Shown: positions 11,921 through 22,034 of the stretch, piece by piece
How positions within the stretch are numbered: position 1 is the stretch's first letter
How the letters are laid out: each line of letters starts with the position of its first letter
Source of the DNA: Selaginella moellendorffii
Lineage: Eukaryota; Plantae; Lycopodiophyta
Assembly: GCF_000143415.4 (NCBI RefSeq)
Contig: NW_003314267.1
Coordinates: 3,679,138 to 3,743,137, forward strand
DNA length: 64,000 nucleotides
Reading direction: 5' to 3'
Made by a program: the position numbers and the translations under genes
Notes under the pieces: generated by a model
What the model was told of the DNA's origin: nothing
Databases searched by the model: none
What the model saw: only the letters and a program-made list of their open reading frames with translations

Positions 11921-13170
11921 TCTTATAAAACATCATTGGGATGTTGATCAATCCCTTCTTCTTTGTTTTCTTGGATGGAGCACTGATGAGTTGAGGCAGC
12001 AACATGGAGGTGGTGATCGTCATAGATCTGCTCCAAGGGAAGTGCAGGAATATCCATTGAATATCTAGTGTACACCTAAACTAGGTTCCGAATAGGCACT
12101 GTTGATCAATAGCACATCCAAACCATCTAGATATACCTGTTGTGTAGGAAGGCACATGCAAGCAAGGAGGCAATGGTGTGTGTGGCAGCCGTGTGGTGGC
12201 AGGCAATGAGGCAATGAGTTCTCTAGTGCCAGGCAAGGCAATAGTTTCAAGGCTAGGCAAAATGACCAAATAAGTGATTGCTGGTAACAATTCAAATGTG
12301 CTCACTTAACTTGATAATAGTCTTTCTTTGTCCCAAGCATACAGCGATAGTGCCTTTGCTTACAAGTTAGGCGTTTTGGGGTGGGAGAGGTTGTATCAAG
12401 AATTTCAGTACGTAGAAAAAATCTACACCTTCACCCTAGCTGCTAGTCCACTCTCTTCTAGGTAGCATAGATTTTCTTCAGGTACTAAAATTCTCGAGCC
12501 TCTCCTGCCCCAAGACACCCACTTTGTAGACAAAAACACCATTGCTATATGCTTGGGACAAAGAAGAACCATCATCAAGTCGAATGTGGATTGTTGCCGA
12601 CAATCGCCTACTCAATCTTTTTGCCCAACCCTAGAACCATTGCCTTGTTGTTCTTCTTGCCTAATGCCAAAGGGCTTATCGCCTCCTTACCTACTGCTAC
12701 ACGCCACCATCACCTCCTTGCCTTCACACGCCTTGCTCGATGAACCTCTCCCACCTCTCTTCATCATACCCTATCTAGCCCTAGTTCTTCAGCCGAAGAA
12801 GCAAGAGCCTTGGTATATCTAGACGGCTGGGATGTGCTGTTGATCAACGGTGCTGATTCGATTGGTTTAGGTGTACACTGGATATTTGACAGATATTTCT
12901 GCACTCCCCTTGGAGCACATCTGTGACGATTGCCACCTCCATGCTGCTGCCTCGACCTTCTTTCTCATCAGTGCTCCATCCAAGAAAACAAAGAAGAAGG
13001 GATTGATCGACGCCATGCTCGGATGCTGGGAAGAGCAGTGGTCCAGGATTTTGGGATGGAGGCTGGGGGATACCATTTGGCGTGCCTGGTTGACCTGCTG
13101 GGAGGATCTCGGTAAAGGGGCTGCCCCCCTCGTCTCTGCGTGAGCCTTGATGCTGGGCACACGAGCAACG

Positions 13171-13252
13171 GTATCAGTTGCTACAAGTCAATCTGGTGTA
13201 GTATGATGGTACTTGATCATACTACATCAGGTTGTGTTGTAGCAACTGATAC
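13171..13252. ncRNA. Candidate pre-miRNA-like hairpin (82 nt) nested in the foldback
   Basis: GTATCAGTTGCTACAA-GTC-AATCTGGTGTAGTATGAT, loop GGTACTTG, ATCATACTACATCAGGTT-GTG-TTGTAGCAACTGATAC: a 16-bp perfect stem plus an 18-bp stem with two G:U pairs. Expression unknown. Confidence 0.45.
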
Positions 13253-13929
13253 AAGTTCTCGCAACTGACACAACTGATACGAGTCAAAATCCGTTTTCAT
13301 TATATATCGAATATAGAAAAACGCTCACACTTCTTCGCTTTCAAATATAATTGTATTGTCTTCTTCATCATCATCTTTTGCAAAACGTGCAGGAGAAGTC
13401 AAGCTGCTTCCTGGCTTGAATTTGCAAAGGATAGATTTCCATCCTTTCTAGTGAGCTTGGTAAACATCTCTCCATCTTCATCTTCAAATGCTTGGACAAT
13501 ATGTTGTAACTATTGGGGAAGAGACTCCTACCAGGTGAACAAAGTGGTGATTAGTCTTGTTGCGGGGGGGGCAAGAGTGTGAGCTACTGGATCGCATGAG
13601 GAGTGTGTATGGGGTTGACATAGATTTGCTGCCTTCTCAGCCCAAGAGATACCTGTATTATGATGTAGTCTCGGATGTAGTAATGTGACCGTGATAGTTC
13701 CTAGCCAAAAGGCAAGCCTTTGTAATCTTGTTTTGGAGAAGGGTCCAGTGTTTTGTGTGCAATGATAGCAACTGAGGTTGGCACTGGCAAATCTTGCAAC
13801 ACTTAAACTCAGGAATTATTCCATGAATTTGCAAAGCTGGTGGGATGTTAATGAAGAGCTTAAACTGGTGCAAACTTGGTGATGTTGAAAGAATTGTCTA
13901 CAGCTTGAGCAATTGAGTTTAGTTGCGGG

Positions 13930-14760
13930 GTTCAGGTCCGCTGCTTAGCCCGAGCAACCAGCGATTTTCCAAGATCACCACCTCACCATTGCTGCTATCC
14001 ACTACGTTGGCAAATTTCGAGAGGGCCCTTCTCCAGGTAAAGAGATTTAATGGTCTATCATGTTGTTTCATCCATACAGCCCGGGACTTCTTTCAGTTGA
14101 GAGCTGATAATCTCGTCCATTATATCCTCGAGGCTCTAGGAGACTGCGTTCCAAAGGTGTGAGATACGTATGTTTCTAGCGTTGACAGGGTGATTGATGT
14201 CACAGGATGGACGGTGAAGTTCAGGAAAAGAAACGAGCTTTGAGTTGACCAATTGACTTGGAAGGAGTTCGAGGTGTTCCAGCACACCAAGATCAACAGC
14301 ATGATGGTGGTGGTTCACAACGGATGGGTCTACACCGCTGGGGCTGCTAAGACCAGGGTCGTCATGTCCAGAAGCTTCAAGCCCGTTCAGACACACATGA
14401 AAATCTCAATGCTACGTCACACAGTTCCTGAAGCGAAGAACACATCCGGTACCATTTCCACAAGGTACTAGTGTTTACTTCAAATTAACGAAATGCCAGA
14501 TTCACTAACTATTGTATGAATTCCAGGAACGCATACAGGAGGATGATACGTATGTAGCGCGGTTCAGACCATATATGGACCATCCTCCACTGGAATGACG
14601 CTTTTATACCAGTGTTACAAACCCGGATAGATGAAGTGGTTTGTGTTTTACCAATGTAATTCTTTTGGTTTCTATCAGGATCTGGTGGAGGCTTGGAAGG
14701 CGATACATGGACCACAGCAAAATCATCGTCGTAATCACTCTCTGGAAGAATGCGCATTTA
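13930..14760 (+). pseudogene. Degenerate PP2C-fold gene, copy 1
   Basis: Exon fragments LRADNLVHYILEALG, SMMVVVHNGWVYTAGAAKTRVVMSRSF and DHSKIIVVITL resemble PP2C motifs (V..I....LYVANAGDSRAVLSR; DNITVIVV). Frameshifts and stops are present. Confidence 0.55.
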
Positions 14761-15315
14761 CTCAAGGCTGCCTGAGGTGTTGAAAACAAACTTGACATCA
14801 GTAATGTTATACAACATTAATGTGAAAACCTTTGCATACAAGAGGTTGATGACTGCGGATATTAGTAAGCAAATTACTTATCAGATTCTTTAATTCTTAC
14901 GTTCTTTGACGACAGATTCATTCGGCGAAGGGACTGAACCTCAGATCATCAATGATTTCCTGCGCTTCTTGTTACCGTGGGAGTTCTTTCAGCAAACACT
15001 TTGGCAACGTGCGTGTGCATTCTGTGTGATCAGTGAATGGCAAGCAAACTCCTGAACCCCAAACGTCTTCAAACTATTACTCGTTTGGGATTATATAGAC
15101 GCCCTGTGGAGAGGATGCGCTCCAGGTTTCAACATCTCCCATCTCTGCATGATTAGGCTTTGTAAAGTTACAAGAAAGATAGTCTATGTATGCCAGTAAT
15201 TTAAATCAAGTGCCTGTGAACTATGATTTACCACCGATTGCATGGCTCCATGCATCCTAGATCTTACATAAGACCTCTTCAAGCTCCAAGCACGATTACA
15301 ATTAACTCATTGATC

Positions 15316-15440
15316 ATGAAGGCTGATTTGGTGTTTCTCGTTTTGGTATTTGCCACTTTGCAGATTGTGTCGTCTACTTCGGGTACATTGCCTTTGGATG
15401 CAGATGATATTGATGTTGAGGTCTTTCCAAAGAGACTATT
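15316..15440 (+). pseudogene. Secreted-peptide precursor, 3'-deleted copy
   Basis: MKADLVFLVLVFATLQIVSSTSGTLPLDADDIDVEVFPK: signal peptide plus acidic segment. Paralogous to 21639-21861. Confidence 0.45.
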
Positions 15441-15530
15441 GACTTTGAAGGCGTGGTGCCGTATCGGCAGCAGGAGCCAATCATCCCCTTGTGGCGAAGA
15501 AGTGTTTGAATTGAACCTTCGGAACAAATA

Positions 15531-16874
15531 TTATTTACAAACTGACTTAAGAAATGGATGCTTCAAAGCTTCATCAGGAGTTATTCGCTTACTGGGATCC
15601 AGCGTAAGCATCCTCTCTAACAAGTTCTTGAATCTCGCCATCAGCGCTCCATCTTCCCCTGTAAGATCTGAAATACAACTTGTCTTAACATTGAAGGACG
15701 CCATACTTCTCAGAGTTTCCAGCTTTGTCACGGGATCTAGCTGCCGGAACTCAAAGTTCTCGTTGAAATGCATGCCCGTAAACGCTCCTTTCTTCAACAT
15801 CGCCTTTGGAAACGCCCCCTTGAGCTCCATTTGCTGCTTGAGAAGCCCGTTGTTAGTAGCAACAGGAAAGAGGAACTTGCCCGTGTAGAGCTCATACAAG
15901 CAGCAGCCGGCAGACCACATATCGATTGCGTGGCTGTAGGGAGCCACCCCGAGGATGATCTCCGGTGCCCGGTAGCTCGGACTCACCAGGTATGGGGTCT
16001 CCGCGGACGGGGTTTGATCCCTCGCAAACATGGCCACCCCAAAGTCGCACAGCTTGATCGATCTCCGGGACTTTGTGACCATGATGTTGTCAGGCTTGAT
16101 GTCGCAGTGCAAGATGCCGCAATGGGCCAAGTGCTGGAGGGCAACCATGAGCTGGTGAGCATAGACACAGATGGTTTTGAGATTGATACCTCTGTTTCGC
16201 CCGTACTTGTTTGTGATCTGCCGGAGGTTTAGATCCAGGGACTCCATCACCAGGCACAGATGCTCGCGATACACAAAGCTGTCGAGGAGCTTCACGCAGT
16301 GGTTGTCTTTGTTCGTGGCCTCCGGCTCCGCCACCTTTTTGAGGATCTGGAGCTCCGACTTTGCAGACCGGAGCATGAGATCGTTCTTCCGGGGGATCTT
16401 GATGGCAACCTCCTGCTCGCACTCTGGGAAAAGGGACTTGGCCAGGAAAACCGTGGAGAACATCCCGCTTCCTATGGATGCCTTCACCTGGTATTTGGAG
16501 TTGATTGTCTCGCCAATTCGGGCCTTGTAGTAGAACTCGTGATCGTGCCAATTGTCGGGGTTGTCGTTCCTTAGCCCTTGGACGGAAGCCTCCGGATTTG
16601 TAATTTCTGCGAGTGGCGTCTCCGAGAACATGTCTTGAGCTGGAGGGCTCGATGATTTGTCGCAAGAATTACTGGCGATCTTGGCAGTGTCATGAGGAAC
16701 TGGGTTGCCGAGAGAAACACTCTGCTGTTCTATTATTTGTCCTTCTTCTAGTGCATGCTTCTCCAGGATTGCCTGTCTCCTCTTCCTGCTTTCCTCTCTA
16801 ACTCTTTCCACCATTGCATCTTCGTCCTCTACTACACTTATCTGGCAGTCTTCGCTCCTTCTTTTCCGACCCAT
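15531..16874 (-). CDS. PRP4-type (CMGC/DYRK group) Ser/Thr kinase, intronless, copy 1
   Basis: REESRKRRQAILEK, DNWHDHEFYY (cf. PRP4K DNWDDAEGYY), GSGMFSTV, VAIK, LHCDIKPDN, DFG, TPYLVSPSYRAPE. First ATG at 16874. Confidence 0.9.
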   Translation of the reverse strand: MGRKRRSEDCQISVVEDEDAMVERVREESRKRRQAILEKHALEEGQIIEQQSVSLGNPVPHDTAKIASNSCDKSSSPPAQDMFSETPLAEITNPEASVQGLRNDNPDNWHDHEFYYKARIGETINSKYQVKASIGSGMFSTVFLAKSLFPECEQEVAIKIPRKNDLMLRSAKSELQILKKVAEPEATNKDNHCVKLLDSFVYREHLCLVMESLDLNLRQITNKYGRNRGINLKTICVYAHQLMVALQHLAHCGILHCDIKPDNIMVTKSRRSIKLCDFGVAMFARDQTPSAETPYLVSPSYRAPEIILGVAPYSHAIDMWSAGCCLYELYTGKFLFPVATNNGLLKQQMELKGAFPKAMLKKGAFTGMHFNENFEFRQLDPVTKLETLRSMASFNVKTSCISDLTGEDGALMARFKNLLERMLTLDPSKRITPDEALKHPFLKSVCK

Positions 16875-17518
16875 GTCCAAAGGGTTTTGCCAACCCTATT
16901 TGTAAAGGACAAATTTATACTTGGGCAATGATCCTCCGACTTTGAAATTTAAGCGGGAAAATTTGTGGCCATGTCTAGGGCTATGGCGAGCGCATATCGA
17001 TTGTGCGCCCCCAAATTCTCGAGCTATGGGTATGATCGTGCTTCTTCGCTGTAGAGCTGGATTGCCACGGATCTTGTGTCTTTCTAGGAGGCGCCATAAT
17101 ATCTTTCTCGTGCTTGGTAGATTGGGGGGGATTCCGTGCTGTCCCGGATCTGGAACAAGGAGCTTGAGGTAAACGTCATCTCGCGGTATCGCTACTGGGG
17201 TGAAAGAAATCTCTCGCTCTTGTGTCAGGCTGGGCATACTGCTCGAGGTGTTCTTGCTTTAAACTTATTTTCGTTTTTATGAGCCTCTTACATATATCCT
17301 GGGAAGTCCAGGGCGAAAGCTATACCGATTCGAGGTACGAGTTTATTTTTCAGAAGAAAGAATTTCCTCCCAGAGTTTTTAACGTCTTGGGACTCGCCGT
17401 CTCCAAAGCGGCTAAATCCTCGCGAGTTCTCTTGTCGCCCAGACAGGATCTTTGCTTTGAAAGTCTGCAAAATAATATGGTGAGTGTTTTTACACACTGT
17501 TTGTGGTATGGTGAGAAC

Positions 17519-18643
17519 TTACCTCGAGGACTCCTTGATGCAGGCGTTGAGTTCTTGGTTCTCCGGGACGATTTCGAAGTTCTCACTCTCTTGATCGTAC
17601 GTGACACTTCGAAATGAATCAGCAGTCAAGGAGTAGAAAAAAAGGACCCCGATTCCTGCTCGAATCCCAATGTGACTGCTGCTCAGGTACTTCTCCATGT
17701 CTGGTGGCATTTGGCAAAGCCGGATCCACTTAGACTTCTCCAGGTCGAGCGTGTATATGACGACGTGGGTTTCTGGTCCTGGCTTGCCTTTCTCGAGAAC
17801 GAACTCATCCTCGCATGTTGTGGCAGCCACGAGAGAGCCGGATGAGGAGGAAGCGATGAGCGGACCATGCGAGACGAAGACATGCTCGGAGAAGGCATCG
17901 GTGTTGATCTGCTTGGTGCTCCACTCCAAGGTGTTGGCGTCCAAGGCATAGATGGTCTCGCCAGCGTCTTCAAAGCAAGAGAAATAGAAAGCGCTGGGGC
18001 CGATCGCGCTGGTGAAGACCTCCGGATCGTCCAGCACAGGACCGCCGCCTGGTGTGTTTCCGTCGCCGATTGCAGTCCACGAAGGCCGATCGCAGCCATT
18101 GCGGATCGCCAGAATGCCGCTCAGCCTCCTTCCCGCCTTGTCATCGCTCGTGTCCATCCATTCTTCCGACTCCTGCGAGGCAGCAACCGCGACGAACACT
18201 CCGGGTCCCGGATCCTTGTCACGGTAGGAGATGCTGTTCGGGATAGCCGGGAAGAGTCCGGCCAGGCAGCCGGAGGTCGGAGAGTAGAGCACTGCGAACC
18301 GATTTGGGCGGAGCCACAAGAAGTTGTCCTGGTCCTTGAGACAGCACCCGGGAAGAGCGATGGAGACAGTGGCCGCTTCCGACGCGTCCGGTCCTTCTTT
18401 TTCTTCGTCTCCGGCGACCATTTCCAGCTTGTACCAGGAACGCAGTACCGGATCAAACGCGAAGACACACTGGAAGCTTGGGCCGTGCACTTGCATCCAG
18501 GTTTCACAGGGATTCTTGGGCTTGAAGCTCGAGCTGCGGAGGAGCGACCGGATTCGCCTGGATACTCCGGAGAGTTTCGCCTGTGTCCCAAAGGAAGCGG
18601 ACGAGAAAATCTTGCGGAGAATGTCTCGAGGTAACTCTTCCAT
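17519..18643 (-). CDS. F-box protein with probable kelch/beta-propeller-like C-terminus, intronless
   Basis: N-terminal F-box LPRDILRKIFS...LSGVSRRIRSLL; recurring YxxD...W blades (AFDPVLRSW, YALDANTLEW, YTLDLEKSKW). Confidence 0.8.
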   Translation of the reverse strand: MEELPRDILRKIFSSASFGTQAKLSGVSRRIRSLLRSSSFKPKNPCETWMQVHGPSFQCVFAFDPVLRSWYKLEMVAGDEEKEGPDASEAATVSIALPGCCLKDQDNFLWLRPNRFAVLYSPTSGCLAGLFPAIPNSISYRDKDPGPGVFVAVAASQESEEWMDTSDDKAGRRLSGILAIRNGCDRPSWTAIGDGNTPGGGPVLDDPEVFTSAIGPSAFYFSCFEDAGETIYALDANTLEWSTKQINTDAFSEHVFVSHGPLIASSSSGSLVAATTCEDEFVLEKGKPGPETHVVIYTLDLEKSKWIRLCQMPPDMEKYLSSSHIGIRAGIGVLFFYSLTADSFRSVTYDQESENFEIVPENQELNACIKESSR

Positions 18644-19009
18644 TAAAGGTCGTGCCCTTTTTTTTAACTTTCACTTGACATTTAAACGTTAAGCTCCGGA
18701 GGCGATGACGCTGACCATGAAATGCTGTGCGAGCCAAGCACCTTAGCAGCTTACTCAAGCAGTTATCCAGATGCTTCGTTCGACGATCTCGACGCTGTGA
18801 CAACGAAAGCAACTTGGTCGATGCAAAACGAACACTCGACACTATACTATTAAGAAGACTTTCCTTGCCAGTCTGCTCGCGGCTCTGCCCAGGTACTTTT
18901 CTCATCGACAACTCTCTGTCGCTTATAATGCTTCAGTCTATTTCCAGAAGCTGGGCTCACCTTGAGAAGCTGCGCTCTCGTAGAATCTCTGGCGGTCCAA
19001 GGAGGTTCT

Positions 19010-20508
19010 ATTGACTCTGTTCTGGCTAATATCATGTTCTATAACTCGGGAACTTTTCACTCGCTCACGCAAAGGATGTGGAGGTGCTGAAAGTAGCACG
19101 CACGAAGGTTTGACCAACTTCAGAAAGAAATCGCCAGTGTAATCACCAGGTGAGAGATATTCCTTTTTCCTTGGTTGTTTGCTGAATAACGGAACAAGGC
19201 AGGATATAAACAGGCGATTGCAGTATAACACGAGTTTGTCAGCTTTATAACAGTAAACTACAAAGTGACGCGGCTTTGGCTGCCGAAGAAAGGAAGACGC
19301 AGAAAGGGAAGGTGCTTGCGTGAAAATTATGCAGTTTGTTAAAGATTTATGTTCGACGTGCTTGTTGCAGGATGCTTTGCAAGCTGAAGATGAAGTCAAT
19401 AAATGACGAACTTTCTCTTTTGCGGGCGGAGCTCCTTCGCGTCTCAGAAGAAAAGGACAACTATTACAATCAGGTTCAGGCATTGTCAGCTGAAAATGCA
19501 GCAATCAGGAAAAAACACTTCAACATCTGCCGCTGAAATTATGCGTTTCACGAGCAAGGTAGAAGCGTGGAGGTATTTAAGATTCTTTTACGTACTTAAT
19601 AGTAGCCCTGTGTGCAGGAAAGCTACGAAAATTAAGCGGAGCAGATCAGACTCCTCCAAAAACAACTCAATCGGTCGAAGCAATATGCTGTTTCTATTTA
19701 CTTAAGCTGATGGATCAGGTCGCGGAAAAATCATTGTCTTTCGAGCAGTGAATATATGTAAGCAAACTTGCTGACGCGGAGCAGCAGATCTGGGAGGGAG
19801 AGATGTTACGCCGCAAGCTCCAAAACACCATTCAGGTTGGTACTTTTCTGTGTTGATCTTCTAAGGCACACAGTGGTATTTCAAGAGCTGAAAGGGAACA
19901 TTCGTGTATTCTGTAGAGTGAGACCACTTTTACCCGATGAAAACGACGAAACATCGACGCTGATTCGCTAGGGAATTGTTCAAGGTAAATCTATTTGTCT
20001 GTATTACATGCAGCTGCACTTGTCTCTTTAGGCCAAACATACGCGTTTTCTTTCGAAAAAGTTTTTGGACCCGACGTATGTCAGAGAGACGTGTTTACTG
20101 AGATTTCACAGCTCGTTCAACAAAGCGCCTTGGATGGCTATAATAAGGTAACATCATTTGTTGGCATTCTCTGTTTACCTGTTCCTTGCAGGTTTGCATA
20201 TTTGCGTATGGCCAAATTGTATCCGGCAAGGCACACACTAAGGCTTTTCACTGTATATGAAACCATAAGAGATCTTTCGCCCCAGCAAAGCAGCACGCGA
20301 CCAAGCACGAAGGAATACCGTTGTGTTTGAGCTTACTGTCGTCTGCAGGTAAAGTAATATCCTTTGGCAATCTCTAGACGTTGGCAGGAAAAGAGCTATG
20401 CTTCTCGAAGCCATTCATAGGAAAGAATGAGGTATTCATTGATACGAAGGATTTGTGTGTGTAGAATGCTGAGCAACAGGTACAGGGAGTTCTCAACCTG
20501 ATCGACTT
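19010..20508 (+). pseudogene. Deletion-condensed kinesin-14 pseudogene fragment
   Basis: Collinear with 8717-10756 including introns ([36 protein letters not shown]), with many small deletions, frameshifts and stops. Confidence 0.93.
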
Positions 20509-21240
20509 GTGTTATGTTTGGTTCCATGCAGCGCGTGAGCTATTTGAATTGCGAGCTCACAATCTTGTCCGTTACGTCGTCGATGCTCTAGGGACCAACA
20601 TTGGGCAGGAGGATATCAAGCCCGCTCTAGAGGCTGCGTTCCAAAGGTGGCAAAATCTTGAGATACGTATATGCTTTTGGTTGAATTGAATATATCACAG
20701 GATGGACGATGAAGTTCAGAAAGAGATGCGAGCTTTGCGTGAGTCAATTGAGGTGTTCCAGCACACCAAGATCACTAGCATGGTGGTGTTGGTTCATAAT
20801 GGATGGGTCTTATACGCCGCTGGGGCTGCCAATGCCAGAGTCGTCATGTCCAGAAGCTTCAAGCCCGATGATAATGCGCCAAGTGCGGACAATCGCAATG
20901 CTAAGTTACACAGTTCCTGAAGGCGAAGAACACATCTTGTACCATTTCCACAAGGTACTAGTGGTTACTTTAAATGCTAGATTCACTAACTTTTGTATGA
21001 ATTCCAGGAACGCATACAGGAGGACGAGCGCTCGCTTCGGATCATATATGGACCCTTCTTACGCTTTTATACCAGTGTTACAAAACCGGATAAATGAAGT
21101 GGTTTGCGTTTTAGCACTGTACTGCCATGTAATTTCTTTTGCTTTGTGGAGGCTTGCAAATCTATAGCGGGGCGATACATGGACCACAGCAAAATCAGCA
21201 TCGTAATCACTCTCCAGAAAATGGACATTTACCCAAGGAT
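20509..21240 (+). pseudogene. Degenerate PP2C-fold gene, copy 2
   Basis: Collinear with about 14060-14790; ALEAAFQR/MDDEVQKE, SMVVLVHNGWVLYAAGAANARVVMSRSF. 5'-truncated by fusion to the kinesin fragment. Confidence 0.6.
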
Positions 21241-21638
21241 GAGGGAGGTGTTGAAAGCAAACTTGATATCAGTAAGCTATCTGATTTTGATGTCTATTTT
21301 GCATGTTTGGATATTAGTAAGCAAATTACTAATCAGATTTCTTTAATTCTTGTAACCGCGGGGTAAGCTTCTTATTAGTAAACATTTTCTCAGCGTGCGT
21401 GTGCATTCTGTGTGATCAGTGAATGCCAAGCAAACTCCTGAACCCCAAACGTCTTCAAACTATTGACGCCCCGTGTGCGCTCCAGGTTTCAACATTTAGG
21501 CTTTGTAAAGTTACAAGAAAGATAGTACCTTAAAATAAGTGAACTATGATTTACCACTGACTGCAGGGTTGCATCCATCCTAGATCTTATATAAGACCTC
21601 TCCAAGCTCCAAGAACGATTAAAACTAAGCCATTGATC

Positions 21639-21861
21639 ATGAAGGCTGTCTTGGTGTTTCTCGTTTTTGTATTTGCCACTTTTCAGATTGTGTTGTCTAC
21701 TTCAGGTACAATTGTCTATGGATATTGATGTTGAAGTCTTTCCAAAGATGGATGATGATTATGAGAATGAGCAATGGGGCAAGCATGGGAAGAACACTAA
21801 TAATAATAACAACATCAAGATCAAGATCAATTTCTGCAAGAACCAAGTATATAGATCATAA
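21639..21861 (+). pseudogene. Secreted-peptide precursor, frameshifted copy
   Basis: MKAVLVFLVFVFATFQIVLSTSG, then a frame change to DIDVEVFPKMDDDYENEQWGKHGKNTNNNNNIKIKINFCKNQVYRS*. TATATAA about 50 bp upstream. Confidence 0.45.
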
Positions 21862-22034
21862 AGACAAAATGTACTAATTGCCTGAAACATGAATATTAAT
21901 TGTTTCTTGAGAATCTGACCATTGACTTTGAAGGCGTGGTGCTGTATCTTGGTGGCCTTCGAAGGCGTGGTGCCAATCATTCCCTTGTGGTGAAGAAGTG
22001 TTTGGATTGATCATCACATCCTTTGGAACAAATA

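Larger units (their letters stand above)
11417..13529. repeat. About 2.1-kb imperfect inverted repeat (foldback); arms of about 1 kb, 42-bp spacer
   Basis: 11417-12425 is the reverse complement of 12468-13529 along its length. Outer AGGAGTCTCTTCCCCAATA pairs with TATTGGGGAAGAGACTCCT; inner TTCTTTGTCCCAAGCAT pairs with ATGCTTGGGACAAAGAA. Substitutions and indels are present. Confidence 0.95.

Noticed and set aside
13540-13920. Possible LINE or other transposon fragment
   Set aside because: No reverse transcriptase, endonuclease or transposase motif recognisable.
15223-15888. 221-aa ORF as a real protein
   Set aside because: The C-terminal half is antisense to the kinase and arises from a deletion; only the signal-peptide segment is supported.
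16900-17510. Short ORFs between the kinase and F-box genes (also 18690-19010, 23420-23900, 29860-30050, 35100-35450)
   Set aside because: They look like gene debris, but no family or consistent splice model could be supported.
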